47,713 bases of DNA, from positions 1 through 47,713 of the forward strand of contig CBDVDH010000027.1 of the NCBI GenBank assembly GCA_965372715.1, given 5' to 3'. Of the stretch, positions 10,071-19,767 are shown piece after piece. Position numbers and translations under genes: made by a program. The stretch is from an uncultured bacterium (GTDB lineage Bacteria > B130-G9). Each line of letters begins with the position of its first letter. The stretch's first letter is position 1. The notes beneath the pieces were generated by a model. The model saw nothing but the letters and a program-made list of their open reading frames with translations. It had not been told where the DNA came from and searched no databases.

Positions 10071-12551
10071 CTAAATCGGGTAGTGGTAGCCCATGTCAAC
10101 CGTGCCGGTGTCGGGCGTGCTGTCAACCTGCGTTGTCCGGTCAGAAAGGCCCGCATCCTCCGCGGAGCAGCTGCCCGCATCGACGCAAGGGCTGCTGACA
10201 TTCAAGTAGTATTGGCCGAATGGCCCGGTGACGAACATGGGGTCCGCGTTAATGTTGCCGGTGCCAGACCAGCCACCTTTGATGTCGGAATACGTGATCT
10301 CGATCGAAGCCCCGCGGTACAAGTAAATCTCCTGCGGCGAGTCGCCCCAGAGAATCGAGTTGAGCACGGTCGGCGAGCTCCCGGAACCGCAGTATATCCC
10401 GCCACCCCGCCTGCTGGCAGAATTGTAGGCTATTGTGTTGTTGTCAATCGCCGGTGAACCCAGGTAGAAGTACATACCGCCGCCATAACGCGAGGCGCTG
10501 TTCTCAACGATGGTGCAGTTCGTGATCTCTGGCGCCGATGACCTGCTGTATATGCCCGCTCCGTCCTTCGCGCTGTTGCCTGTGATGAGGCAGTGTTTGA
10601 ATGTGGGCGAATTGTAGTAACAGTAAATCCCACCGCCGTTGGTGCTGGTCGAGTTGCCGGTGATCGTGCTGTTCTCGATCGTCGGCGAGCTGTTGTAGCA
10701 GTAAATGCCCGGGCTGCCTCGGGTCACGGTGAAACCGTCTATCGTGAGGTTGCCCACGCCGTAGGAGTAGATGACCCGGTAGCCAAGGTTCTGACCATCG
10801 AGGATAGTGGTGTCCTGGTCCTCACCGAGAATAGATACCCAGCTCTCCATACTCAGCGGGAATGTCTCTCCGTTGGTTGAGCCGGCATAGGTCCCGGCGG
10901 CTACGCGGATTGTAATCGGGTCCTCTTCCGAACCTTCGACCTCGCCAAGCGCGTGGGTGATCGTCTTCCAGGGGAATTGTGCTGACCCATTGTTTCCGTC
11001 GTCGCCCATTTGGCCATCGACATAGAACTCACCGTCCCCTGCTTCGCACGCGTCGCCGACGCCATCCTCGTCCGAGTCCTCCTGACCTGGGTTGAAGATG
11101 TCCGGGCAGTTGTCGCACGCGTCGCCGACACCATCCTCGTCCGAGTCCTCCTGGTCCGGATTGTAAACGTACCGGCAGTTGTCCTCGTCATTGTAGATGC
11201 CGTCGCCGTCCGAATCATCGCACACATAGACCAAAGGCTCGGGATTCACGTCCCGGTCGCCGGTAAAGCCTTTTTCACTATCTTGCAGAGCACCAGAATC
11301 AATCAGAGCCTGACGAACTGCTGCAACGTCAACCGCGTTTGCCGGCTTCCCATGCTCCGATATGTACAAAGCCGCGGCGCCTGCAACGTGGGGCGCCGAC
11401 ATGCTGGTCCCGTTGATGGTGTTGTACCCGTTGTCCTTCCAGGTGGACGTGATCTCAACCCCGGGCGCGGCCAGGTCAATCGCGCCTCCGGGAGAATCGA
11501 TAGGATAGTCAGGAGGCGACCACGTATAGCCGGTAGCGGCGCTGAAGTTGCTGAACGATGCAAACGTATCATCATATCCGTATGAGCTTGAGGCGCCCAA
11601 TCCACCGGGCATCCCGTCAGTATCAACCATACCCGATATGGTTGCGACTTCAGGATAGGCGGCGGGAATAACGTCATCCTCGGTCTCAAACTGTCCATCG
11701 TAACCATAGACATCCTTGCTGCTATTGCCGGCGGAAACGGCATAGAAGATGCCCGCAGCAACACTGTTTTGCAGCGCGAGGCGAAGAGCATCACTCACTC
11801 CTGTTGAACGTATGCTCATATTGGCAACATCGATCTCACTGGCATGGCTTGTTACCCATTCTATGCCAGCGATGACGCCGGACGTCGTTCCATCGCCGTA
11901 AGCATCGAGCACTTTTGCGGACCAGAGCCTAGCACCAGGGGCTACGCCAACTACCCCGATATCATTGTCGATAGCAGCCGCGATCCCCGCGACGTGGGAG
12001 CCGTGACCGAAATCATCGTTGCCGCCCTCTGCTCCGACGCCGGTGGCGGTGTAACCTCTGTAAAAATTGAGGTCAGGATGCGTGTCATCAACTCCAGAGT
12101 CGATAATGGCGATATCTACGTCCACCCGGTCATCATTGCCATCGATATTAGCCGTATCGTTCAAATCGGCATCGATGCGGTCGATCCCCGTAGGAATGAC
12201 CTGCAGGGGCTGAGGTTGTGTTTCCGCCGCTCCCCGTATCACCCGGAAAACCAGGTCAGGTTCAACAAAACGCACACGGGGGTCTGACTCCACTGCCCCC
12301 AGTTTTTTGGCGGGAATATGTGCGGAGAATCCCTTCAGAGCCACGCTATAGGTGTGGCCCAGAGTCAACCCATGCTGAGCTGACAGCTGTTGAGCTACGC
12401 CTCCCGGGTTCGCCACGTCGTCATTGAAAACAACGATGAACTGACCCGGAATGACCTGATCGCCCCGTTCTTCGCGCTCGAGCGAATGATAGCCCTGAAC
12501 CACAAGCGCAACCGCCAAAACCAACGTAACAATCATGCAAAACTTCTGCAT
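10071..12551 (-). CDS. Secreted subtilisin-family (S8) protease with I9 propeptide, thrombospondin type-3 repeats and a DUF1565/right-handed beta-helix domain
   Basis: GGAGG RBS, signal peptide; catalytic triad IIDSG / GHGSHVAG / [23 protein letters not shown] repeats; [20 protein letters not shown]; repeated ITGNS..GGGIYC. Confidence 0.92.
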   Translation of the reverse strand: MQKFCMIVTLVLAVALVVQGYHSLEREERGDQVIPGQFIVVFNDDVANPGGVAQQLSAQHGLTLGHTYSVALKGFSAHIPAKKLGAVESDPRVRFVEPDLVFRVIRGAAETQPQPLQVIPTGIDRIDADLNDTANIDGNDDRVDVDIAIIDSGVDDTHPDLNFYRGYTATGVGAEGGNDDFGHGSHVAGIAAAIDNDIGVVGVAPGARLWSAKVLDAYGDGTTSGVIAGIEWVTSHASEIDVANMSIRSTGVSDALRLALQNSVAAGIFYAVSAGNSSKDVYGYDGQFETEDDVIPAAYPEVATISGMVDTDGMPGGLGASSSYGYDDTFASFSNFSAATGYTWSPPDYPIDSPGGAIDLAAPGVEITSTWKDNGYNTINGTSMSAPHVAGAAALYISEHGKPANAVDVAAVRQALIDSGALQDSEKGFTGDRDVNPEPLVYVCDDSDGDGIYNDEDNCRYVYNPDQEDSDEDGVGDACDNCPDIFNPGQEDSDEDGVGDACEAGDGEFYVDGQMGDDGNNGSAQFPWKTITHALGEVEGSEEDPITIRVAAGTYAGSTNGETFPLSMESWVSILGEDQDTTILDGQNLGYRVIYSYGVGNLTIDGFTVTRGSPGIYCYNSSPTIENSTITGNSTSTNGGGIYCYYNSPTFKHCLITGNSAKDGAGIYSRSSAPEITNCTIVENSASRYGGGMYFYLGSPAIDNNTIAYNSASRRGGGIYCGSGSSPTVLNSILWGDSPQEIYLYRGASIEITYSDIKGGWSGTGNINADPMFVTGPFGQYYLNVSSPCVDAGSCSAEDAGLSDRTTQVDSTPDTGTVDMGYHYPI

Positions 12552-12878
12552 CAAAAAACCTCCCGTCTTTGACACAAGCTAGCGTCAGCGGCGCCGGTAG
12601 GCAATTCGTCTAAGGGTGTCGTTGACATTTAACATCTTTGGCTGGCGACGAAACAACTCATCCCCTCGCCAACCAATATCTATACTTCTGCTCGCGCAGA
12701 ACTCCGCATAACGTCAAGTTCCGTAGAACAAAGCATAGATTCCCGTTCTTGTCAAGTTTTTTCTTGCCGAGCATTTGAGCAAGACAGAAAAGCCCCTCAA
12801 CAAGGCGTGGGTGGAAAGTGGAAAAGGGGGACGGTCAAAACCACTGACTGGGATTCCCTTCCTTGGTTGGCTGAAAGA

Positions 12879-12916
12879 CGGATGTCGCAAGTTGTGTCGC
12901 GAGTTTGTCGCAAGTT
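12879..12916. repeat. Phased TGTCGC array, copy 4 of 4
   Basis: TGTCGC at 12883, 12895 and 12906, just past the Fic stop; begins CGGATGTCGCAAG. Confidence 0.8.
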
Positions 12917-12920
12917 CACC

Positions 12921-13973
12921 CTATCCCTTCAATCGATGAAGCAACTGGTTAGTCGCCCCCTCCGAAAGGAGTAGGCCTCCTTCCACCATGGCCTTCAGGT
13001 CCCTCTGCAGGGTCCGACGATTGACTTCCGGACATAGCCGCTCGAAATCCTGGATCGTCAGACTGCCGTGCCGCAGTATGTGCTCGAGGGCCTTCGCCTG
13101 GCGATCTGACAGACCATGCTGTTTGACCAGGACATCCCGCCGGATTGCCACTTCCCCACGCTGTTTGACCTGGGCGAGCTGCGTGCTGAGGCCCTCAACG
13201 AAATACTCCAGCCATCCGGTCATGTCCATTCCTCTTTCACGGACACTCTGGATCGCCCGATAGAACGAGGGCCGATCCTGGTCGTAATACTCACTGATGG
13301 TGGAAAGCCGTTTGAAATCGTATCCCGTCCTGTAAAGGCACAGCGTCGAAAGAAGACGCGATGTGCGGCCATTACCATCAAGGAAGGGGTGGATATGGAC
13401 GAACTGGAATTGGGCAATGCCGCTGACAAGCACCGGATGGGTCTCTTGCTCGCATCTGAGCCAGTCCACCAACTCCGCCATCAAGATTGGCACATCGTGT
13501 GGAGGCGGCGGTGTGTAAACTATCGCGCCGGTTGCGGAGTTGACCACGTAATTCTGAACCTTGCGGTACTTCCCAGGGCCCGCTGCCCCACCTCGAACGC
13601 CCTCAACGAGGCGCTTGTGAATGTCTCTGATCAGTCCCTCCGTAATGGGGCCGCCTGTCTCAAGATACTCCGATATGAAGTCGAACGCTCGTCGATAGTT
13701 CAGAAGCTCCCGCGCATCGTCGGGATCAGCCTCTGGAACAGACTGGCCGGCCAGGAGACGTTCGGCCTGCTCGAGTGTGAGGCGCGTTCCCTCGATGTGG
13801 GTCGTGTGATGCGCCTCCAACACCAAAGCGCGATGTCCCATCTCCCGGACCCACTCTTCCGATAGACCCTCCGCCTCAAGAAACCCTCGAGCCCGCTCAA
13901 TCCGCGTCAAGGCGGCGGTTATTGAGTTAGTGATGGTGAATAAGGGACGGAAGCTTGGGGTCATTCCATTCAC
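12921..13973 (-). CDS. Fic family protein (AMPylase) with C-terminal DeoR-like HTH
   Basis: Canonical [12 protein letters not shown] motif; N-terminal TTHIEG; C-terminal [13 protein letters not shown]. Confidence 0.95.
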   Translation of the reverse strand: MNGMTPSFRPLFTITNSITAALTRIERARGFLEAEGLSEEWVREMGHRALVLEAHHTTHIEGTRLTLEQAERLLAGQSVPEADPDDARELLNYRRAFDFISEYLETGGPITEGLIRDIHKRLVEGVRGGAAGPGKYRKVQNYVVNSATGAIVYTPPPPHDVPILMAELVDWLRCEQETHPVLVSGIAQFQFVHIHPFLDGNGRTSRLLSTLCLYRTGYDFKRLSTISEYYDQDRPSFYRAIQSVRERGMDMTGWLEYFVEGLSTQLAQVKQRGEVAIRRDVLVKQHGLSDRQAKALEHILRHGSLTIQDFERLCPEVNRRTLQRDLKAMVEGGLLLSEGATNQLLHRLKG

Positions 13974-13985
13974 ATTAATCCGCGC

Positions 13986-15011
13986 CTATTGCCCGTTTGG
14001 CCGCTTAAGCGCCTTTAGTTTGACCATTTGCATATCGCCGTAGGGCGTTAGAGTCCAGTAAGTCTTGGTGTCTTTGAGACTCCTCTTCTTGATGCTCTGC
14101 GTTATCAAGCCAAGGGAACGAAGTTGCACCACGATCGTGTTGAAGTCCTCGTCAACCATGCGAATGCTTATAGGCATCGCGTCACAATGCGACCCCTGTC
14201 TAATTTCTATTTCTATAAATGAACTGAGGGCGTTGCGCAAGGAGAACTCATCTGCCTCATGAATCATACGCGGGGCTGACACACGGAAGATCTCATTCCA
14301 AGTAAACACAAAGGGCTTCTCCGAAAAGGAGGTAGTTCCAGCCCATGAGTCTTCAAACTCAAGTGTGAATCTCACTTCTAGCTTGTCATCACCTTGAGCA
14401 AGATGCTCGCTACCGGGCGGAGGGGTGGTTCTCGCCATTTCCAATTCCCTCTGCAAGGCTTCGACCTCGCGGCGAAGGTTGAGTATTTCGGTTTTTGTGT
14501 CCTCATCTGGAAGAAGGTCTGCCTTAACCCATCCGGTGGCGGGATTCCTCTTGATCAGATTGATCAGACTTCTGCTGACAACCGATCCAAGCTCCGCGGG
14601 TGTGGTCCAATGCTTGCACATTTTCTTCTCGGCAAGCTCACGGAATTCTCGAAGGCGCTCCTTGCCGTTTTCGGAATCCTCTGTCTTATCCACTGGGATA
14701 GAGCCCGGCTCCTTGTGTAGAAACGCAATTATGGGCTTCTCCTTCTCCAAGGCGTACCTATACTCCTTTTCCGTGTAGCTCATCCCTTCCGAATCAACTG
14801 ATCCATAGCGGCCGGCGATGATGACCAAATAATAATCACAATCGTCAATAACTCCTTTGATTAAGGACCACTGGTCCTCATTCGCAGCGGGAAACAACTC
14901 CATTCCGGCTGGGATGCAATCCAGCTCAAGCAGAGCGTGCATTACCTCCTGCCGCTCTGCTTGGAGGTCTTCGTACGTTGAGCTAACGAACACCTGGTAT
15001 CGCTTATCCAT
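13986..15011 (-). CDS. DUF4062 (TIR-like) domain protein with coiled coil and C-terminal wHTH-like region
   Basis: MDKRYQVFVSSTYEDLQAERQ, GMELFPA, GRYGS, SYTEKEYRYA. Confidence 0.9.
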   Translation of the reverse strand: MDKRYQVFVSSTYEDLQAERQEVMHALLELDCIPAGMELFPAANEDQWSLIKGVIDDCDYYLVIIAGRYGSVDSEGMSYTEKEYRYALEKEKPIIAFLHKEPGSIPVDKTEDSENGKERLREFRELAEKKMCKHWTTPAELGSVVSRSLINLIKRNPATGWVKADLLPDEDTKTEILNLRREVEALQRELEMARTTPPPGSEHLAQGDDKLEVRFTLEFEDSWAGTTSFSEKPFVFTWNEIFRVSAPRMIHEADEFSLRNALSSFIEIEIRQGSHCDAMPISIRMVDEDFNTIVVQLRSLGLITQSIKKRSLKDTKTYWTLTPYGDMQMVKLKALKRPNGQ

Positions 15012-15096
15012 GTCTTATCCTTAATCGTGTCATTCCCCGGCCGAATGCGGTCACGCAATCCATGCGGGCGGAAAAGGCCAATCGCCTGCACCTCCC

Positions 15097-15303
15097 TCAA
15101 TAATCAAACCGGAACACGCCGATCTTGCAGTCTTCGCATCTGACGGCTTCGAGGGTGGGGTTATTCCACAGGTCTATGTCCTTTCTTAACACGGTGCCGG
15201 CGAAAGCCGTCTTGGTCTTCTCCTTCTCCGTCCAGCGCAAACGCATCCAATGGCCAGCCAAATACCCGTGCGACATCTGTTTGCCACATTTCGGACACTT
15301 CAT
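15097..15303 (-). CDS. Small zinc-ribbon protein (PF20097/DUF6487-like)
   Basis: MKCPKCGKQMSHGYL...AVRCEDCKIG; GAGGGA RBS. Confidence 0.75.
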   Translation of the reverse strand: MKCPKCGKQMSHGYLAGHWMRLRWTEKEKTKTAFAGTVLRKDIDLWNNPTLEAVRCEDCKIGVFRFDY

Positions 15304-15369
15304 TTCCCTCAGTTCTTCGGAGGTCGTTGGATGGTCCATCTTCGTTCCCTTATATGATTTTTGCGGTCT

Positions 15370-15397
15370 ATCATACGTTTTCGGCGGAAGTTATCAA
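15370..15397 (-). promoter_or_regulatory. Sigma70-type promoter, close match to the one at 7757-7784
   Basis: Minus strand TTGATA-16 nt-TATGAT with shared AAACGTATGATAGA. Confidence 0.6.
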
Positions 15398-15424
15398 TTG
15401 GGGATTGCGGATTGGGCGGCGCTT

Positions 15425-15596
15425 TGGAGTGCGGCAAGCTCTTGCCGCTTTTTTCTGCGATGACCTGGCATCGCGATCTTGATGAATCTCTTTTGTATCC
15501 TTTGGGGAGGGCGATTCACGGAAAGACGATTGATGTAGAGGTCGATGTCGCGCCGGGTCGCGACTAATCAAAGCGGCGAGAGCTCGCCGCACTCCA
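15425..15596. repeat. Inverted REP doublet (TGGAGTGCGG type) upstream of the Fe-S gene
   Basis: TGGAGTGCGGCAAGCTCTTGCCGCTTT ... AAAGCGGCGAGAGCTCGCCGCACTCCA. Confidence 0.8.
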
Positions 15597-15679
15597 TATC
15601 GGTGCTCTCGACATGCCCGCCCAGCCCCATTAGATTCTGCGGGTTGGATTGACGCGATAACGAAACCCCGGAGCGCGAT

Positions 15680-16780
15680 ATGAGGTTGATTGACGAGAGA
15701 GACACGACGTTCTCGAGGATGGCACTCGTTGAGGGAAGCGATCGATACAGGGAGTATTACGAGCGGTGTCCGGAGCTTGAGGCGCGAGACAAAGAGGTCC
15801 GGGATGCGCCGATGACAGGGATGCTGAGCCGCATGAAGCCGGACGCCTGCTTCGATGGCCTTCCCGACGGGCAGGCGGCGGTCGAGCACATCGTTGATGG
15901 CAACGTCGCGATGATCGGCGCCTCAATGGAGATGGTCGAGAAGGCGCCTGTCAGCACCCGCAGCATAGCTATCCCACCGGAGCAGATCACGCCTGTTATC
16001 AAGGAAGTCGCACTCTATTACGGCGCAGACATTGTCGGTACCGTCGAGATGACGGACGGGCACTTCTACACACACCACGGGCGTTCTATGGGCGGCAAAT
16101 GTGGCGAGCCGGTGGACAAGAGCCTGCGATACGCCATCGTTCTCGCGGTAGAGATGGACAGGGATATGATCAACCGTGCCCCGCACCTAGAGGAGATTTT
16201 GGCTACGGACAGAGGCTACCGCGACATCGCGCTGGCCGGCTGCGGCGTTGCCATCTACATGAAGTCACTGGGCTATCGGGCGTTCCTGAATACCGTCGCC
16301 TCCTACAACGCGCCGCTCGTGCGCTTGGCCCGGGATGCGGGGCTGGGTCAGATCGGCAGACACGGGATGCTCGTAACCACGAAATACGGTAGCCGGGTGC
16401 GCCTCGGCACCGTGATGACTGACATGCCGCTATTGCCAGATGGACGGATCGACTTCGGGCTGGAGGAGTTCTGCAAGCGATGCGGCATCTGTGCGGAAAA
16501 CTGCATCGGTAACGCCATATCTGAGGGACAGCCTGTGAACGACGAGGGCCAACTCCGCTGGGCTTACGACGATACGAACTGCATGGAGGTCTGGAAAAAA
16601 GTTGGCACCGACTGCGGCATCTGTCTTGCTAGCTGCCCATTCAGCCATAATATCGAGGAAGACCTCATCGATTCGATCAAGGATGATCCAGCGGTCATCG
16701 ACCAGATAATCGCCGACTTCCGGGTGCGCTTTGGCAAACGACCTTTCACCAAAGATAAGCTGGGTATTGCCCGGTTGTGA
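15680..16780 (+). CDS. Reductive dehalogenase/epoxyqueuosine reductase-like cobalamin, 2x[4Fe-4S] protein
   Basis: YGADIVG, AGLGQIGRHGMLVTTKYGSRVRLGTVMTD, FCKRCGICAENC, DCGICLASCPF; no Tat RR signal. Confidence 0.85.
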   Translation: MRLIDERDTTFSRMALVEGSDRYREYYERCPELEARDKEVRDAPMTGMLSRMKPDACFDGLPDGQAAVEHIVDGNVAMIGASMEMVEKAPVSTRSIAIPPEQITPVIKEVALYYGADIVGTVEMTDGHFYTHHGRSMGGKCGEPVDKSLRYAIVLAVEMDRDMINRAPHLEEILATDRGYRDIALAGCGVAIYMKSLGYRAFLNTVASYNAPLVRLARDAGLGQIGRHGMLVTTKYGSRVRLGTVMTDMPLLPDGRIDFGLEEFCKRCGICAENCIGNAISEGQPVNDEGQLRWAYDDTNCMEVWKKVGTDCGICLASCPFSHNIEEDLIDSIKDDPAVIDQIIADFRVRFGKRPFTKDKLGIARL

Positions 16781-16908
16781 ACTGGCAGCACCTGGCCCCA
16801 ATAATCAGATCGACTTGGTGACATATTGGGCAGGTCTAAACGGTTTGGGCTTCTCGATTGCGTGGCGCCCGGGATGTAGCTGATTTCGATGTTGCACCGG
16901 ACATGTGA

Positions 16909-17084
16909 TTTGGAGTGCGGTGAGCTCTCACCGCTTTCACTCGCCGCGGCCTGACGCGGCATCGGCCCCGCATCGATTGGCGCCCAGATCTCCGAATGGC
17001 TGTCTGCAAGGTTGAAGGAGCAGTCTATCAGAGGGCGGCCGGGTCGCCACCAATGAAAGCGGCGTCAAGCCGCCGCAGTCCAAA
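16909..17084. repeat. Inverted REP doublet (TGGAGTGCGG type) downstream of the Fe-S gene
   Basis: TTTGGAGTGCGGTGAGCTCTCACCGCTTTCA ... TGAAAGCGGCGTCAAGCCGCCGCAGTCCAAA. Confidence 0.8.
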
Positions 17085-17308
17085 AGGCCGCCGGATGCGA
17101 CTCAAGGAAGCCACTGGGGCTGCAAGAATCGCCCGTTGAGACTGCAAGCCAACAGGTTTCTGCGAGGTCCTTGACCTTCAATCTGATTTCTTGGGCGCAT
17201 CAGCTTCTTCTTGCACGCTTAGCGCAAGAATAGTCTAATCGCATACTGATGCGTTAGTGCGATATGGAATGGAGCGGCTAGCATGGTTGAGGAGCGTGAG
17301 GCAGTTCA

Positions 17309-18028
17309 GTGAGGGCTGGAGGACGGGGCGCGGACACACCGTTCGTGGAGAACCTCTTGAGCAAGGGCCTTTATGGCGCGTGCCACGTGGTGGGCTGGGT
17401 TCTGTCCAAGGTCTTTTTGCGGGCGGAGGTCATCGGTCGGGAGAACATCCCGCCGGAGGGGAGGGTGATCTTCGCCTCGAATCATCGGAGTTATGCGGAC
17501 CCTCCGCTCTTAGGATTCCTGATCCGACGGCCGCTGCACTTCGTGGCGAAGGCGGAGCTCTTTCGCAATCCGTTATTTGGGAGGGTCCTACGGAACGTGC
17601 ACGCGTTTCCCGTGAGCCGTTCGGGCGTTGACAGGGAGGTGCTGAGGTGGGCGATGGCGGTTCTCGAGGCGGAGCGGGCGCTTCTCTTGTTTCCAGAGGG
17701 GACGAGGAGTATGGGCGACGAGCTGCTGCCGCCGAGGCCGGGCATTGGGTTTTTGGCGGACAAGAGCGGCGCCGCCGTTGTCCCGACCTATATCCATAAT
17801 AGCTGGCGGATTCTGCGGCCCGGTTCATCGATCATCAGGCCTCATAAGCTCCGCGTGTGTCTGGGTAAGCCGATGGGCGTGCCGGAGCTCTCGGAGGGAG
17901 ATGTTCGCTCGCAAGTTCACGCGGAGTTCGCGCTACAGGTGATGAGAAGCATCTCAGGTCTGCGGAGCGACCTGCTGAAGAGCATCGGTCGGAGCGAGCC
18001 CTGCGATCAGCAAGGAGATGCGCGATGA
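17309..18028 (+). CDS. plsC: 1-acyl-sn-glycerol-3-phosphate acyltransferase
   Basis: SNHRSYADP (HX4D), FVAKAELF, FPEGTRS. Confidence 0.92.
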   Translation: MRAGGRGADTPFVENLLSKGLYGACHVVGWVLSKVFLRAEVIGRENIPPEGRVIFASNHRSYADPPLLGFLIRRPLHFVAKAELFRNPLFGRVLRNVHAFPVSRSGVDREVLRWAMAVLEAERALLLFPEGTRSMGDELLPPRPGIGFLADKSGAAVVPTYIHNSWRILRPGSSIIRPHKLRVCLGKPMGVPELSEGDVRSQVHAEFALQVMRSISGLRSDLLKSIGRSEPCDQQGDAR

Positions 18029-18927
18029 AAACGGGCACTAATGGGATTCAGCTCACAACCGTTGAGGGCGGCCGGTTCGATATATGGTGTGCGGGAAACG
18101 CGGGATTCTGCTTTGGCGTCGAGCGCGCCGTGAAACTGGCCCAGGACGCCGCCGCCCGGCTCGGCAAGGTATTCTCGCTCGGCCCGCTTATCCACAACAG
18201 GGACGTAGTCGAGTCGCTGGCGACCGAGGGCATTCATGTGGCCGAGACGCTGGATGATGTGAAGGAGGCTGCCGTCATCGCGCGTTCGCACGGCCTTCCT
18301 CCAGACATCCTCAATGCGGCCAAGCGCAAGGGGATCACGGTAATCGACGGAACCTGCCCATTCGTCAAGAAGGCGCAGGATTACGCCGCACTATTGAGAA
18401 CCGAGGGCTACCACATTGTGATCGTGGGAAATGCTGACCATCCAGAGGTGAAGGCCCTTCACGGGTTCTCAGGCCGGGATGCACAGATCGTGGGCAACGA
18501 TTGCGAGGTCAATCTGCCGGAAGGCGTTCAGCGTGTTGGCGTCATTGCGCAGACCACTGAGCGAATACAGGTGTTCTCTCAAGTCGTCGCCTCGGTGGCC
18601 GCCAGGTCGAAGGAGGTGCGCGTTTTCAATACCGTGTGTGATTCTGCGCTCTCGAGGCGGGCAAATACGCTCAGACTGGCAGAGGTCTGTGACGTCGTGG
18701 TCGTCGTCGGGGGCAAACACAGCGCGAATACGAAGCAGCTCGCCGCGGTGTCTCGACATTATGGAACTGAGACGCACCATATAGAGCGGCCCAACGAACT
18801 GGAAAGGCCCTGGTTCGATGGGAAGAAGAGCGTCGGCGTCACGGTAGGCGCCTCGACCCCGGTGTGGATCACCTCTGCAGTGGTTGACAGGCTGAAAGAG
18901 CTCTCTCTGTTGCCCGAGACCTTGTAG
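18025..18927 (+). CDS. ispH: 4-hydroxy-3-methylbut-2-enyl diphosphate reductase
   Basis: GFCFGVERAV, LIHN, RSHG, DGTCPFV, HPEV, AQTT, FNTVC, SANT, GASTP. Confidence 0.97.
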   Translation: MKTGTNGIQLTTVEGGRFDIWCAGNAGFCFGVERAVKLAQDAAARLGKVFSLGPLIHNRDVVESLATEGIHVAETLDDVKEAAVIARSHGLPPDILNAAKRKGITVIDGTCPFVKKAQDYAALLRTEGYHIVIVGNADHPEVKALHGFSGRDAQIVGNDCEVNLPEGVQRVGVIAQTTERIQVFSQVVASVAARSKEVRVFNTVCDSALSRRANTLRLAEVCDVVVVVGGKHSANTKQLAAVSRHYGTETHHIERPNELERPWFDGKKSVGVTVGASTPVWITSAVVDRLKELSLLPETL

Positions 18928-18992
18928 GGGTGTTCGCCGCGCGGCGAACCGCGCCCGTCCGCCTTTCGGGCGGGGCAAGCACCTCCCCTACA
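18923..18992. repeat. GTAG-type REP-like element overlapping the ispH stop
   Basis: TGTAGGGG...CCCCTACA ends enclosing palindromes gttcgccgcgcggcgaac and ccgcctttcgggcgg. Confidence 0.6.
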
Positions 18993-19192
18993 CACGTGCT
19001 GCGGATTATGACCCAGGCCTTCCATTCGGCCCAAATGCGTCCTGGCGCCCATGTGTGATCAATGAGATGAGCCGTTTGGGAAAAACCTTCCATGCCTTGT
19101 CGCTACGACTGCTGGTGTGATGGCCCCCCCTGTTCATCAGAATGTGGCTGTCTAAAGGCGGTTCCGGCCTACTCAGTGGATTATTGCTCGGA

Positions 19193-19208
19193 TTGGCACG
19201 CGGTCTGC
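19193..19208 (+). promoter_or_regulatory. Sigma54 (-24/-12) promoter of the flagellar operon
   Basis: TTGGCACGCGGTCTGC: GG-N10-GC spacing, about 155 nt upstream of flgB. Confidence 0.7.
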
Positions 19209-19362
19209 TTGTATTGAGTGCAGTCATGGGCTGAAGGAATCAGACCGAATCGCTTGGAAGACAGGCTTGCAAAGGGCGAGATCAATTAGGATGCGAGGCG
19301 TTTGTGCACCAGATTAGCGCGTTTACGCGGAAGAAATTTCCTGAAGGATATGGGGGACGGCG

Positions 19363-19755
19363 ATGGAGATAGCAGATAATCCCATTTTGAAGGTGTTGGG
19401 TCGTGTGCTGGACGTGTCCTTGCGGCGGGCGAGCATCGTTGCGGCCAACGTAGCCAACGTTGACACGCCCGGCTACAAGGCGAAGAGCTTCGACTTCGAT
19501 GCGGCGCTCGCAGCCTCTGAGGAGAGACAAATTGGCATGGCGCCTGCCAGGACGCATCCGGGACACTTGGCGATGAGTCCGACCTCGACGCAGGTTGTGG
19601 CACGCGAGGATGACTCGGCCAGCGAGCGGAACGATGGCAACACAGTGGATATCGAGCGGGAGATGGCGGACTTGCTCGAGGCGGAGCTGATGTTTGCGGC
19701 GTCATCGAGATTGATAGCCAAGAAGATAGAGATGCTTAGGGCCTCTATTTCTTAA
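19363..19755 (+). CDS. flgB: Flagellar basal-body rod protein FlgB
   Basis: AANVANVDTPGYKAK, THPGHL, RNDGNTVDIEREM. Confidence 0.97.
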   Translation: MEIADNPILKVLGRVLDVSLRRASIVAANVANVDTPGYKAKSFDFDAALAASEERQIGMAPARTHPGHLAMSPTSTQVVAREDDSASERNDGNTVDIEREMADLLEAELMFAASSRLIAKKIEMLRASIS

Positions 19756-19767
19756 GGAGAGTAAGCG

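Noticed and set aside
11047-11153. Direct repeat of about 38 bp inside the S8 gene
   Set aside because: Explained by coding TSP3 repeats
12571-12674. Hairpins in the S8 protease leader as a riboswitch
   Set aside because: Single copy, no match to an aptamer I recognise, no covariation evidence
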